Source: Hemiscyllium ocellatum (lineage: Eukaryota). From it: 64,000 nucleotides of DNA. Location of the stretch: the NCBI RefSeq assembly GCF_020745735.1, contig NC_083437.1, forward strand, positions 25,110,001 through 25,174,000. The letters are read 5' to 3'. The notes under the pieces were generated by a model. The model searched no databases. It saw nothing but the letters and a program-made list of their open reading frames with translations, and had not been told where the DNA came from. The translations under genes and the position numbers were made by a program. This document shows positions 1 to 14,102 of this stretch, one piece after another (position 1 is the stretch's first letter; each line of letters starts with the position of its first letter).

Positions 1-760
1 TTCAACATTAACTCTTATCTTTGTACTCTGTGCCCCTATTAACAAAATAGGATATTGTATGTTTCATTATTTGCTCTAACAACCTGGCCCACCACCTTCA
101 ATAACTTTAGCATATATACATCTGGGTCTCTCTACTCCTGCACACCCTTTAGAATAGTACCCTTTCTTTTATACTGTCTCTCCATGTACTTACTATCATA
201 TTGAACTTTGTCTGCCACCTGTCCACCAACTCCAACTTCTCTAAATCCTTTTCAACTTCTACACTATCCTCTTTACAAATTACAAAGCTTTAAAATTTCT
301 CTACAAATTTTGAAACTGTGCCTTTTAACAAAGGTCTAGTTGATAAATATATTTCGGAAAAACAAAAGGTCCCATCAGTGATCCCCCACCGTCCAAAAAC
401 TATTAACTATTGCTCGGCTTCCTTTCTCTCAGTGAATTTTGGACACATGTTGCCACTGTCCCTTTCATTCCATGAGTTCAAACTTGCTCTCAAAACAGTT
501 ATGTGGTACAATATCAATTGTCTTCTCTAACTCCATTTATATCACATCTACAGCATTTCCCTGATGATTCCTCTCCGTTACCACATCAAATTCCTCCATT
601 AGGTTGGTTGTGAAACATGCTTTTCCTTTACGAAGTCCATTCTGGATCTCCTTAGTTAAACACAAATTTGTCCATGTGACTATTACTTTTGACGAGAATT
701 CTTGTTTTTTTTGGAAGTTTCCCAACCACCAAAGTTAAATTGATGTGTAATTGCTTGCTA
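1..760 (-). mobile_element. old CR1-clade LINE fragments
   Basis: ORF 537..725 (GKACFTTNLMEEFDVVT...GNAVDVI) resembles the CR1 RT region. Confidence 0.6.
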
Positions 761-1394
761 AAATCAAATGTAAAATGATCAGTCAAAGTCTCAGCTGTAC
801 TACAGAGAACAACTGAAGACCATTTTACTGACAGTGTGCTGCACTACTGCAGTCAATGCTACACCCAAAACAGATTCACGATTCAGCAAACCAAATCACA
901 GTTTGCTGATCACAGGAAAATGTTCCAGCCTGCAGCCAAAAGATTTAATACAAACTATGGGTTAGAAATTCAATTCTACTCAAACCCTAAATCAGAGGCT
1001 TGCACAATGGAGGAAGGAATTGCCAAGTGACCTAGAAATATGGAGTCAGCTTTTTCATTGAAGGATTTATCCAAAAATCTCAGTTTTCAACTTCTAGAAT
1101 TACAATCACATCTGTAACCAAGATAGCACAGCTAAAATATTTTACCCATCAGCCACAATTAATCATAACGGCAAACAATGGTTTTCAAATCTGTGTTTCG
1201 AGATGGCAACTCAATCATTCCCATCCGTCACTGTGCATTAAGTGACAATGAACTAAAACAAATAAAGCTGTTAATATCAAGGACCAGGGCTTCTCTTCAT
1301 TTCAATTTTTATCAACTGCAAGTATGACACAAGTACTCCTTACTCTTTCCTTATAAAATTAGTAACAGTTGGTTTCAAGGGCATTAAACAATAC

Positions 1395-1511
1395 CTGCTT
1401 TCTTCCCAAATTCACCCTCCAGTTCTGCCTGTGTTCCTGTTAGAGGCAAATCGACCATTTCCATGGTAATTACTTCTGCTAATGCCTCTTCCCGTGTCCA
1501 AACAATCCGAC
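1395..1511 (-). CDS. EMC1: EMC1 exon 12
   Basis: [38 protein letters not shown]. Confidence 0.94.
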
Positions 1512-4500
1512 CTGTAAAAGCAGTGGACAATGCTGACACCTATTTTACAATCCAAAGATTTCAACATATGCAGCCAATCACTGGGACCACTGACAGCCAG
1601 TTGCTGTAGTGAGGAGAGGAGCAGGATGACCTGACACAAGGAATTACTTCCTCCTTTCAATTGATTTTGCCCTACTCACTTGAATTCCACCCCACAGTGG
1701 AATCTGCTTTCACCAACATTTAGGGAGACAAACCTGAGCAGTTCACCATCAATCCAGACTTTCCTTCAGTGGCAAAGCCAAGGTTTTGTTGTGTACCTTC
1801 CTGCAACAGTACTGGTCAATTTATAACTCAGTGCATGGATCAATGGAGTGGAAAGAAATTCCACCCATTTCTCAAATTTAACTGGGGGAGACACCACACG
1901 ACCCTTTCTCAGGTACAAACAAGCTTGTTTCAATTCCATGTGAGACCAGAAATGAAAGCAAAGCTGTATATGCCACCTTCCAAGAATTGGTAGGAATGCA
2001 ATGCTGCTAGTATTGTCACAATTCATGATTCACAGACTACGAAGCAAATTTGCCCCTCTTGATTCAGAGTTGATGCCCATCACAGGAAGTCAATGACAAG
2101 AAGCACGAGTGAAGATTTAGAGATTTAGGGGTCAAATTTAGGGACTCAACCTAAAACGCAAACATGCAGAAATGCATGCCCCTTTGCTGACTTGTACCGT
2201 CTCCAATTATTTCCTGTGGTACTGAATAACAACGATATCGTATATCAGTGAAATAAATAGAACAGTCATTAAATATACTTAAAAATTGAGAGAGAGGCTA
2301 ACCATTTAAAATCAATCTAAAACAAGCGACGGGTTTAGAAAATACCTCAATAATACACTATTAATTCCTTACAAATTGCAGCACTGCCATTCATACCAAG
2401 AAAGCAGCTCAACATGCAAAAACATATTGGGTAACTGTATTTGTTGACCCCAAAAGACAAGATCCTGCACAGATTAATCATGCACCTGGTTGCTGGATGA
2501 AGATCAATGCATGGTCGAGGGTCTGTACCAGTGCGCGATAGCCAACAGAATCATCTTTCTTCAGAAATGCGTGAATATAGAGCTGAGGGAGAAAAGGTAA
2601 ACATGTGAAACACTGCACGAAAGGTCACAAGGGAATCTCGTATTTTTGTGAATGTACTAGAAATGTTTCTTCTACTTCATTTATAACATACACAGGGAAA
2701 CTGTGAAATAAAACAGAGCCTGTGTGTAACTGCAACTAAGTTCCAAGTTTGTTACTTTGCAACAGTTCAATAATGATACACCTGCAGCTGCTTTATTCGT
2801 TCAGTCAGGTATATGTGAACCCCACTGTGGCTTCTGTACTTACATGAAACCAATGCAATAAAGAAATGTGGCTGATCTCAACTTCTTCTACACAACACCA
2901 TCTTCACCTTGAGTCCCCTCATCGCTCACAGCATCCACCCTTGTGTTTTTGCCCAGAAACTTCCCTCACACCCAGGGTCCTTTTGAGCCCTTGCCCTGCA
3001 AGGATTCAAACACCTTTTAATCTCTACTCATATCCATCCTTCAAACTACTGCCTTAATCACAACCTCACCTGTTCAGGTTGGCCACAGTTTGGATCCAGG
3101 TTAAAGTTCATAGCTGTGTCCAACAGCCGTCTACCATTCTCTGCCGAATACAGATTGATACCAAAAGCCTGAAAGACATAATGAACTATGCAATCCAAAA
3201 AAATACTTTACAGGCAAACCCTCCCAACATGTAGCAGTATTGGTCGTGCTAAATTGCCCATAGTGTTCAGGGATGTGTAGGTTAGGTGCATTAAATCGGA
3301 GGTAAAAGTAAGATAATGGGGAATGGGTTTGGGTGGGATACTCTTTGGAAGGTTGGTGTGTACTTGTTGGGCCGAAGGGCCTGTTTCCATACTAAGATAT
3401 GGATTTTAAGATAGCCAGCCTGTGTCCTGACCCACAGGACCAATCGATATTACACTGGAGTGGGCTGAGACTCGCATGGTGCACCCGCTGTGTCCCTAAC
3501 GCTGAGCCAGGCCATGTTGATTCAAGTTACACCTACTCCAGGAGGTATGGTATACCATCTCTGAACAGGTTAATTATAAAATATCCATAGTGGAGTAGGA
3601 GCAGGAAAGGAAATGGGATGTCTTAAGATTTCAGCAACCATGCCTGCATAAATATTCTAAGCAAGCATTCTGGTTGCAAAACTATTGACCAAGAATCCAA
3701 GGAGAACCTCCCCCAATCTTCTTTGAATGAGTTTTGTTTTTGTTCACTTGTGGGGACAGATGGGGCTGTCAATTTAACATCACATTGAAAGAACATCACT
3801 GAAAATATAGCATTTGCTTGGTTCAGCACTGGAGTGTCAGTGAGATTATGTGATCAATCTCTGGAAGACAGCTTGAATGAAGAACATTTGGACTTGGAGC
3901 CAAGAGTGTGACTAAAATCCTTGCTCCATGTGCATACTTGTGTATTGGGACAAATTAGCTTCATTTTCTAATCCAAGGACAGCAAGTCTGGACAGATGTG
4001 TCAGTCATCTGCAATCAGATCCAAACCAACTCCGAATGTAAAAGAACCTTCAGCGTAACATGGTTATTCGGATCATTTGTTAACAAAAAATAATGTTTGA
4101 AATGTTTGACATTCTCTGCATAACTTATACTTGTTTTAATTAAGAACAAGACTGTGGCATTAGCAGAAGAATGCATTTCAAGGTATAACATTCCTTACCT
4201 TTTCAAACAATACATTATCTGAGTTACCTTGTACAGCACGAGGGTAATGGATAATCTACGGATGACTTGCTAAAGGTCTTGATTTAAAATGCTTTCCAAT
4301 TTTAACTTAATTTTCTAACTCATTTCAGTTCAATCATTTCCATCTATCATTTTTAAACTCTCTTATTCATTTCACTTAACTCTGAACTTTCTGAGGTTGC
4401 CGAGACTGTTGTCTTTGAGATTTTTCAAGCTCAGCATTCAAGGTGTACAGTAGGGCAACAGTGTGGTGCTGGAAAAGCTCAACTGATCAGGTATCATCCG

Positions 4501-7500
4501 AGAAGCAGGAGAATCAACGGTTCAGACATAAGCTCTTCATCAGGAAGGAGGCTTGTGGGCAGTGGGGCTGAGATAAATGGGTGGGGCGGGGGGGGGGGGG
4601 GGGGGGGGGGGGAAGGTAGCTGAGAAAGGGATAGGTAGATGAAGGTGAGGGAGAAGGTAATAGGTCAGGGGCATTGGAGTGGAAAAATGGGAAAGGTGAT
4701 GGATGCTGTACATCTCCATGACACAAGGGTGGTGTCGAGTTGGATGCTTGGGACTGAGATAATTGCGGGGTGGGGGGAATGAGGAAACTGTTGAAATCCA
4801 CATTCATCCCGTGTAGTTGCTGGGTCCCAGGGCGAAATATGAGGCATTCTTCCTACAGGTGTCGAATGGTAACAGTTTGGCGGTGGTGGCGGCCCAGGAC
4901 CTGCATGTCCCTGATGGAGTGGGAGGGGGAGTTGAAGTGTTCAGCCAAGGGGTGATGAGGTTGGTGGGTGCAGATGTCCCAGAGATGTTCTCTGAAACAA
5001 TCTGCAAGAAGGCGTCCTGTCTCCCCGATGTAGAGGAGACCAGATCGGGTGCAACAGATACGGTAGATGTCATTGGTAGAGATACAGGTAAATTTCTGTC
5101 AAATGTGGAAGGATCCTTTGGGGCCTTGAATGTTAAGTGAGTGAAGTGGTGTCGGTGCAGATTTTGCAATTCCTGTAATGGCAGGGGAAGGTGCCAGGAG
5201 TGGGGTGTGGGCTGGTGGGGGTGTGGATCTGACGAGGGAGTCACGGAGGGAATGGTCTCTCCGGAACACTGATAGGGGTGGGGAGGGAAATATATCTCTG
5301 GTGGCGGGGGTCCATTTGGAGGTGGCAGAAGTGGCGGAGGATGATGCAACATATGCAGAGGTTGGTGGGGTGGAAGGGTTCAACCACCCCCCTCACCTCC
5401 ATCCAAGGCCCCAAAAGGATCCTTCCACATTTGACAGAAATTTACCAATACCTCTACCAATGACATCTACGCTATCCGTTGCACACGATGTGGTCTCTTC
5501 TACACCTTCTTGCGGATCATTTCAGAGAACATCTCTGGGACACCCGCACCCACCAACCTCACCACCCCGTGGTGGAACACTTCAACTCTCCCTCCCACTC
5601 AGTCAAGGACATGTGGGTCTTGGGCCTCCTCCACCACCAAACCGTTACCACCCAACGCCTGGAGAAAGAAGGCCTCATATTCCGCCTTGGGACGCTGCAA
5701 ACACAATGGGGTAATGTGGATTTCAACAGCGTCCTCATTTCCCCTCCTCTCACATTCTCCCAGTCCCAAGGCTCCAACTCAGCACCGCTTTCCGACCTGT
5801 CCATCACCTTTCCCATCTATCTACCCCCCTCCCACGACCTATCACCTTCTCCCTCACCTTCATCCACCTATCGCTTTCTCAGCTACCTGCACACACATCT
5901 TGTTCCTGATGAAGGGCTTATGCCCAAAACTTAGATTTGCCTGCTCCTCAGATGCTGCCTGACCTGCTATGCTTTTCCAGCACCACACTCTCGACTCTGA
6001 TCTCCAGTATCTGTAATTCTCACTTTCTCTGTATAGTAGGGCAAGGACAACATAGGTTAGTTCCAGCGTAAAGCTCCCTTCACATGGTGCTGAATGTTCC
6101 CAGCACAGGTACAGCAAAGTTTCAATAAGTAAAAGCCAGCCTACAATACAAAATGCATTTCACTTCAGTTTGAAGAAGGTCCTTACCGTTTTGTTTTTGG
6201 CTGTCATTACAGCGGTCACCACTTTGTCACCAGTTGTAGCAAAGGAAACTAACACAGCCTGCAAAAAGGGACTCAATTAGGCTGAAAGAACAACAGTAAG
6301 TGAAGATACAGAAATGAATAGGAACAGAAATTACTAAGACATCTGGCTAGTCCTAAAATGCAAATCCACTTACCTCATTCTCCCCCGTTCTCACAATAAA
6401 TGTGCTATTGTCAGTGTCCTAACTCTCAACTATTTCCTTCAGCATAAAACAAATTCAAGATACGTATATGCCATTAAAATTCTTCAACTTAGACTCCACA
6501 AATATATTAATATTTTAAAAGCTTCCCAGAATGGGTTCTACTTGATTTAATTTATTTTTAAAGATCTGATTTTAAAGTGTCCCAGCAGGAGAAATTCATT
6601 CTCTTCAATGTTTTAGGGCTTGCGAAACAAAGTGCAAAGTGATGTGGCCCAGCTGGTAACTGTCTCCCATAAGAATACACGCCAAGCTTCAAAACAAAGA
6701 TTAAAGATAATCAGAGACCAAACAACGTTTCTCATGAGCAATTCTACACAATAAAGCAAGCAGTTACTAGACTTTGACCACATGGTCTTTCTGATAGCTA
6801 TGTATTTACAACAGCAGCTATTCTATGTGGAGTATTCAGCATTCAATGGTCATTCATTTCTCACCTGCACAAAGTCGCGTAGTAGGGTAACTACACCCTC
6901 ATGCAGCTGTAATAATGCGTAATGGGACTCCGACAATTGAAGGCAGAATTGAGCAGACGATGCCACCAATGGAGATGACTGGGTTGTTAAAATCTTTCCC
7001 TCAAACTTTTCAGGAAGTTCCAGCTCTAGAGACTACAAGGGAGAAATAGAGGGAAATGCGAGAAGTAGTGAAGATGAAAGCAACAAAAACAAAAAGATTT
7101 ACTCTTCCCAAATCAAACCTTAAAATTGTTTTTGTTCCCAAATTGTGCAGCAACCATAAACAGTTCAGCAATTAAGCATCACTGCTGAAAAAGCATGACT
7201 CCCACAAGGCAAAGACACTTGAATTCTCAGACCAAAAGACCACCAAGACATGTTTGTGAAAATGTTTCCAGCGCTTCAATTAAAATTATAACCTGCCCTG
7301 CAAACTTGTCGTTTTCCAAGCATCACATTACTTAGCAAGATTCCATAGCCAGCTGTGATTTGATAGAGGTTCCCATAATTCACTGGCTGTGGAAGATAAT
7401 GAATGAAGGCAAAGCTCTCCCTCAAAAGGTGGAGAAAAGAAACCTTTCAAGGAAACAACATGCAAACACATTCATACCTCATAAGAGCACCATCAATGGC

Positions 7501-10500
7501 CTGAGTTCAGGTGCCCACCCATATGAAAATAACAAAAAACAAACTGGAGAACAGAATGAGGAGCAAAATAAATTAAAACTAAAAAGATGATCTCCAAAAT
7601 TAAAGTACTTGCATCATACAGATTCGGGATGAATAGGAATGGGTGACCCACATTGCGATACTGAGTCCTCACCTGTAAAAGAATCTGCTCGGGTTCATGT
7701 TCAGATTCCAATGGCAATATCCAAAGAGAGTGAGATTCCCTGTCTATGCATGTCAAGATCCCATCTGCAACAATCCCACAAAGGTCCCACAAATGTCGAA
7801 TCCAGGGGGCTGATACAGTCACCTAAACAGGAAATAATGGAAATTTGGTATCAAAGAAAAACAGCTCATTTCCTTGCTACTTTGTACAATGGTTGAAGAC
7901 AGGAAACTAATGGCTCATCGCTTTTGCAATGTGCTCAGTTCTTCAGTTTCATGGCGAGACAAATGCAGACAGCTTGTGCTTTATCGCTACTCCTGACTTC
8001 TGAACTGCCATCTGAAGGGGAGCAATCTGTAAGGTGCGGCGTGGGGTTGGGACAGCAGAATAGTGGCACATGAAGTGCTCCTCAGGAGAAATAGTCTGGC
8101 ACAATGGGTCAAATAGTGACAAAGACATGGGTTCAAATCCCACCATAGCATTTGGTACAAGTTGAATTCAAATAAAAATATCTAGAATTAAAAGCTGATC
8201 TATTGGCAATCAGCTAACCATTGTCAATTGTCATAGAAGCCCATCTGATTCACAAACATCCTTTCCATGGAGAAAATCTATCACCCTCATCTGTCTGTTC
8301 TACATGTGACTCCAGACATTCAGTAATATGGTTGATTTTTATCTGTCCTCTCAATTGACTGCAGTCAAGCCACTCAGTTCAGTGGGCAATAAATTAGCCA
8401 GGATTCTCTCTCAATAATTATGTAACACTACATTGAAAGTCTCCTTTGCGATTGCAGTATGGGGCGGATCGGAGATTATATCATGGGACCATAATCAAAT
8501 TAATTTCTTCACCCTCTCCTTGAAACATACAAATGTGAAAAATGGCCACTTGGACAAATTATCAACAGAATACTGTACTCTCGCAAGGCATCAATACAAT
8601 CAGGAAGGAAAATGAGCTGAAAAGAACAGAAATGAATAAAAGCAAATAAAAACATTAAATACCTAGAATTATGTTTAATTTATGTTTCAGCAGTCAAAGA
8701 GGGTTTGCATTCTCTAACAGGACTTGCAATCAGATCTCCACCGAAGAGTAAAACTATAGGAGTGAACCAGATCGAATGTGAACTCAAATCACTCAAAAAG
8801 CACCAAGTTAATTCCATCAACAGGCACTACTTGCTCTGTAACTACTTTCTCCTATTGCTTTACTTCAACACAAATGCTCACTTCTCTATTGTATTCAACC
8901 CCCTATTTCCAAAGCAACCTTACCTGTTCAATGATTTTTCCATCCTCAATGTCATACCGAATGATGACAAGATGAGAGCCAGCAACCATCCCCACTAAAT
9001 ATACTGCACCACTTCCTGATGAGTACAGGAGCTGATATTGGACCTTTTCACTGAAAGTTTAAACATAGAGATACATTATACAACCACCCACATAATCACC
9101 TGATCAACAATTTCTCCCATCTTTAAATATGCAAATGTAAATTTTAATATGAAATGTACTACCACTTGACAACAAAAAACTATTTAGAAACCTTCAATTG
9201 CCTAGATTCTTTTGAATAGGTTTGGCAATGCAGGCATCAAGAGAGGCAAGTTATGTTTCAAATCAGTACGAGAGCAGTCAAACTACATTTTCCTTACACT
9301 ATGACAGAAAACAGCTGCCCTTACCAGACAGCACTGATTCAAGAGCAGTGCAAGACATAGAAACTAGAGTACAAAAGTTATATTAAAACTATTTTATGCT
9401 GGTTCACCTCAAGTTGGCATTAAATAGAAAAGACAGATTCCAAAGACACCACCTACAAAGCAGAAAATGTAAGATCTTGAACCACAGTTTAAAGTCCCTT
9501 GTGACTCTGCATCAGCAGAAATGCACACATTATTAGCATGAGAAAGGCAGTAGCCTTCTACAAAGCTCTGACTGTAACCTTGTCTCTCCAAGATTTGCTA
9601 TATATAATGCAAAGCCTGATTATGTCATGCATAAAATATCGTGATATCTCTTTACCTTTCTGGTAAAGTTTCACTCCACTTCTGATGACCATTTATGAGA
9701 TAATGGAGGGAAATGGAGGCTTTCTTCAGAATGGCGATGTACTTTACTCCCTCAGCAGGGCCAACAAGAGAACCTGTCTGAAAACTGAAACAAACTTTTA
9801 AAAATCAGACAAGCAACAACAGTCATTACTATAATCCTTCCAACACACATCAATTGCATGTGATAAAAGTGGGAGAGACTACTGGTCAGCCATGTGATGA
9901 AAATATTGGAGCCCCTACCATCACTAACCAACATCCAAACTTAGGACCAAAATGAACTGTAAGAGCACTATCACCGAACCTCTCTCTTTAATAAAATTCT
10001 ATCATAATTCATGCCTAGGTAACCAGTGTGCAAGATATGAATCGCTTATGTTCCATAAATAGACTGCAGCCAATTTTTCTTTTGGAAGAGTACAGTTCCA
10101 CTTTGATGTAATGAATTAATTTAGTTTCAAGGTCACCAAACTAACTCTAGCCATCAATCTTTCTCCATCCTTGGCAATAAGTAAGATTGATAAAGCAAAA
10201 CTAATGTTTCTAATCTTAATGTTTTCCCGCAGGTTTAATGCCAAGGAATATTCACTGGTTAGTCTGAAAAGTCACTGACCGGAATACTCCAAATGATCTG
10301 GTACTTCATAGCAGCAGTTAAGAAAAATTTTTTTTTTGCTCTTTTCTCCAATATTTCCTTTCCACAAAAGAATACAGTGGCTCAGTAATAAAGGGTTTTC
10401 TTCTGGTCAAAATAATCAGCCACATCCACCTGTTAGGCATTTCCAGCAGACAATATGGCCATAAAGGCATCCTTATCAAGGCTGATATGACTCTGACCTT

Positions 10501-13500
10501 TTCTTCACATACAAAGATTCCAACAAGATTTATTGAATAGGGATATGGTATTGTTGCAACTCACTGTCCTCTTCCTCTATCCTGAACCACTCAGACTACC
10601 AGACTGGGGATGGGACTCAGTAGTTTCCTGCTCTGTTGGTTTCAACCATGTATTGGATAAAGTTTAAGTAAGGTGGCATGTTGAAGCATTTCTATGATCG
10701 AGGACTTGAGAAATGTTTAATATTAAAGTGCTCTTATTATGGTGACATTAGCTAGAATCCATTGCACAATTACTATCATGTATAACCAAAGCAATAACAA
10801 AGAAAATGTAAGAAGCTATGATCTCAAGCTGCAGGAAAAACCCTCATTGAGAGTTTGTTCCTGTAATTATACTCATTCATTTTTGGGTGCCAATGCTATA
10901 GTAGCTACACAGTTCTCACCTTCCAGGCTCAAGCAAGATCTCCCAGTTCAAGCCACCAATGTTCATATCCCATGAGCGCAACAATCGCCCTCTTCCTGAC
11001 ACAGTCAATGCATCTATGAAAAAGCAAAGTCACTAAACCTTGTTGAACCCATAAAAAATCTCTAATTTGAATTCACAGAATAGTTAAGATTTAGTGTAAC
11101 ATTAAAAAGGAATCAGTCAACTCTTGCTTTTGAGAATAATTCTGATTTTACTATTTTTAAACCCATGTTAATTCCATCTGCTACTTTTTTGTCATTCACC
11201 ACTTTTCTATTGTCCTCATTCGAGGGACGTTAGATTAATGATCTAATTGCAAATAGAATTAATCCTACACAAAGTTGAACAACATAATTGGCTTCCACAG
11301 AAAAATCAGAACTCCCAGAGACAGCCATATGCACAGCACAAATTTTATAGAGTTGAACAAACCACACCCACCCTGTCCATGGAACAACATCAGATCCACA
11401 TTTCCCTCAGGTCCTTGTTTATCCACCTGACGCCAGACTGCAAATCAAAACAAAAACAACAATGTCGAGGTTAGTGATGGTTTGTAATCTGCACACAATG
11501 GAATAAGTTACTGCAATGTCAACTGAACAACACTCACTGATCTCTCCATTTCTTAAGTTGAGAGAAGCAATCACGTTATTCTCTGTAGTAACCATGAGTT
11601 TCCTTGCATTCTGTGTAGGTGTATCAAAATGTGCAAACCGAGGCTTTCCAACATATTGGCGTCGCCTTAAAAAATTAAAATAGATGTAATGTATTTGGCC
11701 ACTGCAGAAAATAGTGATAACAGCACTAATTCAAAATGTGTCAAAATAGAAAGATAATATTCAAAACAACACACCTATGCCATCTTTTTTGGAAAAAGCA
11801 ATCCACTTAGTCACTTTCCGACTCTTTCCCCGTGGACCATCAATGTTGAAGATTATTTAGACACAAAGGTATACAGCATGGAAACAAACCCTTCGATCCA
11901 ACTCATCCATGGCAATCAGATATCCTAAATTAATCTAGTCCCATTTGCCAGCACTTGTCCATATCCGTCTCAACCCTTCCTATTCATATACCCATCCAGA
12001 TGCCTTTTAAATGTGGTCATTGTACCAGCCTCCACTATCTCCTCTAGCAGCTCATTCCATACACACACCACCCTCTGTGTGAAAAAGTTACCATTAGGAC
12101 CCTTTTATATCTTTCCTCTCTCAACCTAAACCTATGCCCTCTAGTTCTGGACTCCCCATCCCAGGGAAAGACTTTATCTATTTACCATATCCATGCCCCT
12201 CATGATTTTATAAACCTCTATAAGGTCATCCCTCAGCCTCCAACACTCCAGGGAATACAGCCCTAGCCTATTCAGCCTCTCTCTATAGCTCAAATCCTCC
12301 AATCCTGACCAGAAATGCACACAATATTCCAAAAGTGGTCCAAACGATGTCTGTGCAGCCACACATGACCTCCCAATTCCTGTACTCAATACTCTGACCA
12401 ATAAAGGAAAGCATACTAAACACTTTCTTCACTTTCCCATCTACCTACAACTCCACTTTCAAGGAACTACGAATCTGCACTCTAAAGTCTCTTTGTTCAG
12501 CAGTACTCCTCGGGACTTTACCATTAAGTGTACAAGTTGTGCCCTGATTTACCTTTCCAAAATGCACCGCCTCACATTTGTCTGAATTAAACTCCATCTG
12601 CCACTCCTCAGCCCATTAAATCAAGATCCTGTTGTATTCTGAGGTAACCTTCTTCACTGTCCACTATACTGCCATCTGCAAACTTACTAACTATATCACC
12701 TATGTTCACATTCAAATTATTTATATAAAAATGACAAAAAGTAGTGGACTCAGCACTGATCCCTGTGGCACACCACCTCCAGTCTGAAATGAAACCCTCC
12801 ACCACTACCTTCTGTCTTCTACCTTCAAGCCAGTTCTGTATCCAAATGGCTACTTCTCCTTGATCTAACCTTGCTGAGCAGTCTATCATGAGGAACCTTG
12901 TCTATGTATATATCTCATGTCCACCACTCTGCCCTCATCAATCCTCTTTGTTACTTCTTCAAAAACTTCAATCAAGTTTGTGAGACATGATTTTCCATGC
13001 ACAAAGTCATGCTAACAATCCCTAATCAGTCCTTGCCTTTCCAAATAAATGTAAATCCTGTTCCTCAGGGTTCTCTCCAACAACTGCCCCACCACCGATG
13101 TCAGGCTCACTGGTCTATAGTCCCCTGGCATGTCCTTACACCTTTTCTTAAATTGTGGCGCCACATTAGCCAATCTCCAGTCTTCTAGAACCTCACCTGT
13201 AACTATTGATGATACAAATATCTCAACAAGGAGACGAACAATCACTTCCCTAGCTACCTACATTGTTCTAGGATACACCTACTCAGGTCCTAGATATTTA
13301 TCCATCTTTATGCATTTTTACACATCTAGCACCACCTCCTCTGTAAATGGACATGTTTCAAGATGTCACCATCTACTTTCCCATATTCTATATCTTCCAC
13401 GTCCTTCTCCAGAGTAAATCCTGATGCAAAATACTCGTTTATTTTATCAAATTACATTTTGAAAGTTACTATTGAAGTTTCTTTCACCACCTTTTCATGC

Positions 13501-14102
13501 TGAACATTTCTAAGTGATAATAATACACTGCTTCAAAAACGTGAATTACTATGCCTTAAATGCGTGCCCTTGTGTTTGTGAAGCTTCCTATTAGTATAAC
13601 CAGTTGCACCGCTTCTCCTCTTCAAATCGCTCTGTTCCAGCACATCCTTAAAATTGTACGATTTGATTTATGTTACTTCTCTATATTCTTCTTTTCCAAA
13701 TGAAGATTAAACTCAAACTTTATCGAATTCCAGTCAATTGATAGGGTTTTCAATGAATTTGCATTAGTCAGGAATTCCGCCTCTTCCTCAACAGGTTTGG
13801 GATTCGGAGAGTGGCGGTAGTATAGGCGGTCTGTTCCCGCCCCTACCCCAAGTACTTGCAATAAAACTAACCAGTCGCTCCCCCCTGAGGCCCTTCCAAA
13901 CCCGGTTTCTAAGGGAAAGGGCAAGCTTCGGCTCCAGGATAACAACAACAACAACATTCTTATTTATAATACAACCCTCCAGGAAGCAGTGGCTTCTCCT
14001 GCTAGGAACTCACCAGTCGAATTTCCCGACTTGATCCTCGTAAATCGCCGCTGAAAACTCAAAGAGAGCGAAAAGAAGCCAAATCTCAGAGAGAACCACC
14101 AT
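1395..14102 (-). CDS. EMC1: ER membrane protein complex subunit 1, 5' part (12 coding exons, 445 codons; continues beyond left edge)
   Basis: Spliced join 14014-14102, 11538-11665, 11372-11437, 10920-11013, 9656-9784, 8924-9050, 7673-7822, 6865-7032, 6187-6258, 3070-3168, 2486-2582, 1395-1511. All introns GT-AG, phases consistent. Signal peptide followed by [10 protein letters not shown]; also [16 protein letters not shown] and [22 protein letters not shown]. Confidence 0.97.
2486..2582 (-). CDS. EMC1: EMC1 exon 11
   Basis: [32 protein letters not shown]. Confidence 0.94.
3070..3168 (-). CDS. EMC1: EMC1 exon 10
   Basis: [33 protein letters not shown]. Confidence 0.92.
3245..3395 (+). mobile_element. 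HE1/V-SINE-like 3' fragment
   Basis: GCTAAATTGCCC...GTTGGGCCGAAGGGCCTGTTTCC shared with the copy at 30586. Confidence 0.8.
4459..6029. mobile_element. Penelope-like element with inverted arms (GIY-YIG-type endonuclease C-terminal remnant)
   Basis: EHFNSPSHS...LGLLHH...[15 protein letters not shown]-like sequence on both strands; TSD TGTA(C/T)AGTAGGGCAA at 4444-4458 and 6030-6044; decayed hammerhead motif at 5906. Confidence 0.8.
4588..4612 (+). repeat. poly-G homopolymer (25 nt)
   Basis: Read directly, inside the Penelope-like arm. Confidence 0.9.
6187..6258 (-). CDS. EMC1: EMC1 exon 9
   Basis: [24 protein letters not shown]. Confidence 0.92.
6865..7032 (-). CDS. EMC1: EMC1 exon 8
   Basis: [18 protein letters not shown]...[30 protein letters not shown]. 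Confidence 0.92.
7673..7822 (-). CDS. EMC1: EMC1 exon 7
   Basis: [25 protein letters not shown]...EQILLQ (within ORF 7493..7822). Confidence 0.92.
8924..9050 (-). CDS. EMC1: EMC1 exon 6
   Basis: [42 protein letters not shown]. Confidence 0.92.
9656..9784 (-). CDS. EMC1: EMC1 exon 5
   Basis: [42 protein letters not shown]. Confidence 0.93.
10920..11013 (-). CDS. EMC1: EMC1 exon 4
   Basis: [30 protein letters not shown]. Confidence 0.93.
11372..11437 (-). CDS. EMC1: EMC1 exon 3
   Basis: [21 protein letters not shown], 66 nt. Confidence 0.92.
11538..11665 (-). CDS. EMC1: EMC1 exon 2
   Basis: [13 protein letters not shown]...[24 protein letters not shown]. Confidence 0.93.
11860..13440 (-). 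mobile_element. CR1-clade (HER1-like) LINE, 5'-truncated, in EMC1 intron 1
   Basis: [46 protein letters not shown]. Confidence 0.9.
14014..14102 (-). CDS. EMC1: EMC1 exon 1
   Basis: [29 protein letters not shown](W), donor GTGAGT. Confidence 0.93.

Noticed and set aside
4228-4269. 42-nt AG/GT-bounded phase-0 open segment ([14 protein letters not shown]) in EMC1 intron 9
   Set aside because: Weak polypyrimidine tract and no similarity to EMC1; likely chance
4588-4612. Functional G-quadruplex at the poly-G run
   Set aside because: Lies inside a repeat arm, and homopolymer length is unreliable in assemblies
4514-5962. Long Pro/His-rich ORFs of 100-180 aa
   Set aside because: Alternative frames of a decayed Penelope-like element and a poly-G run
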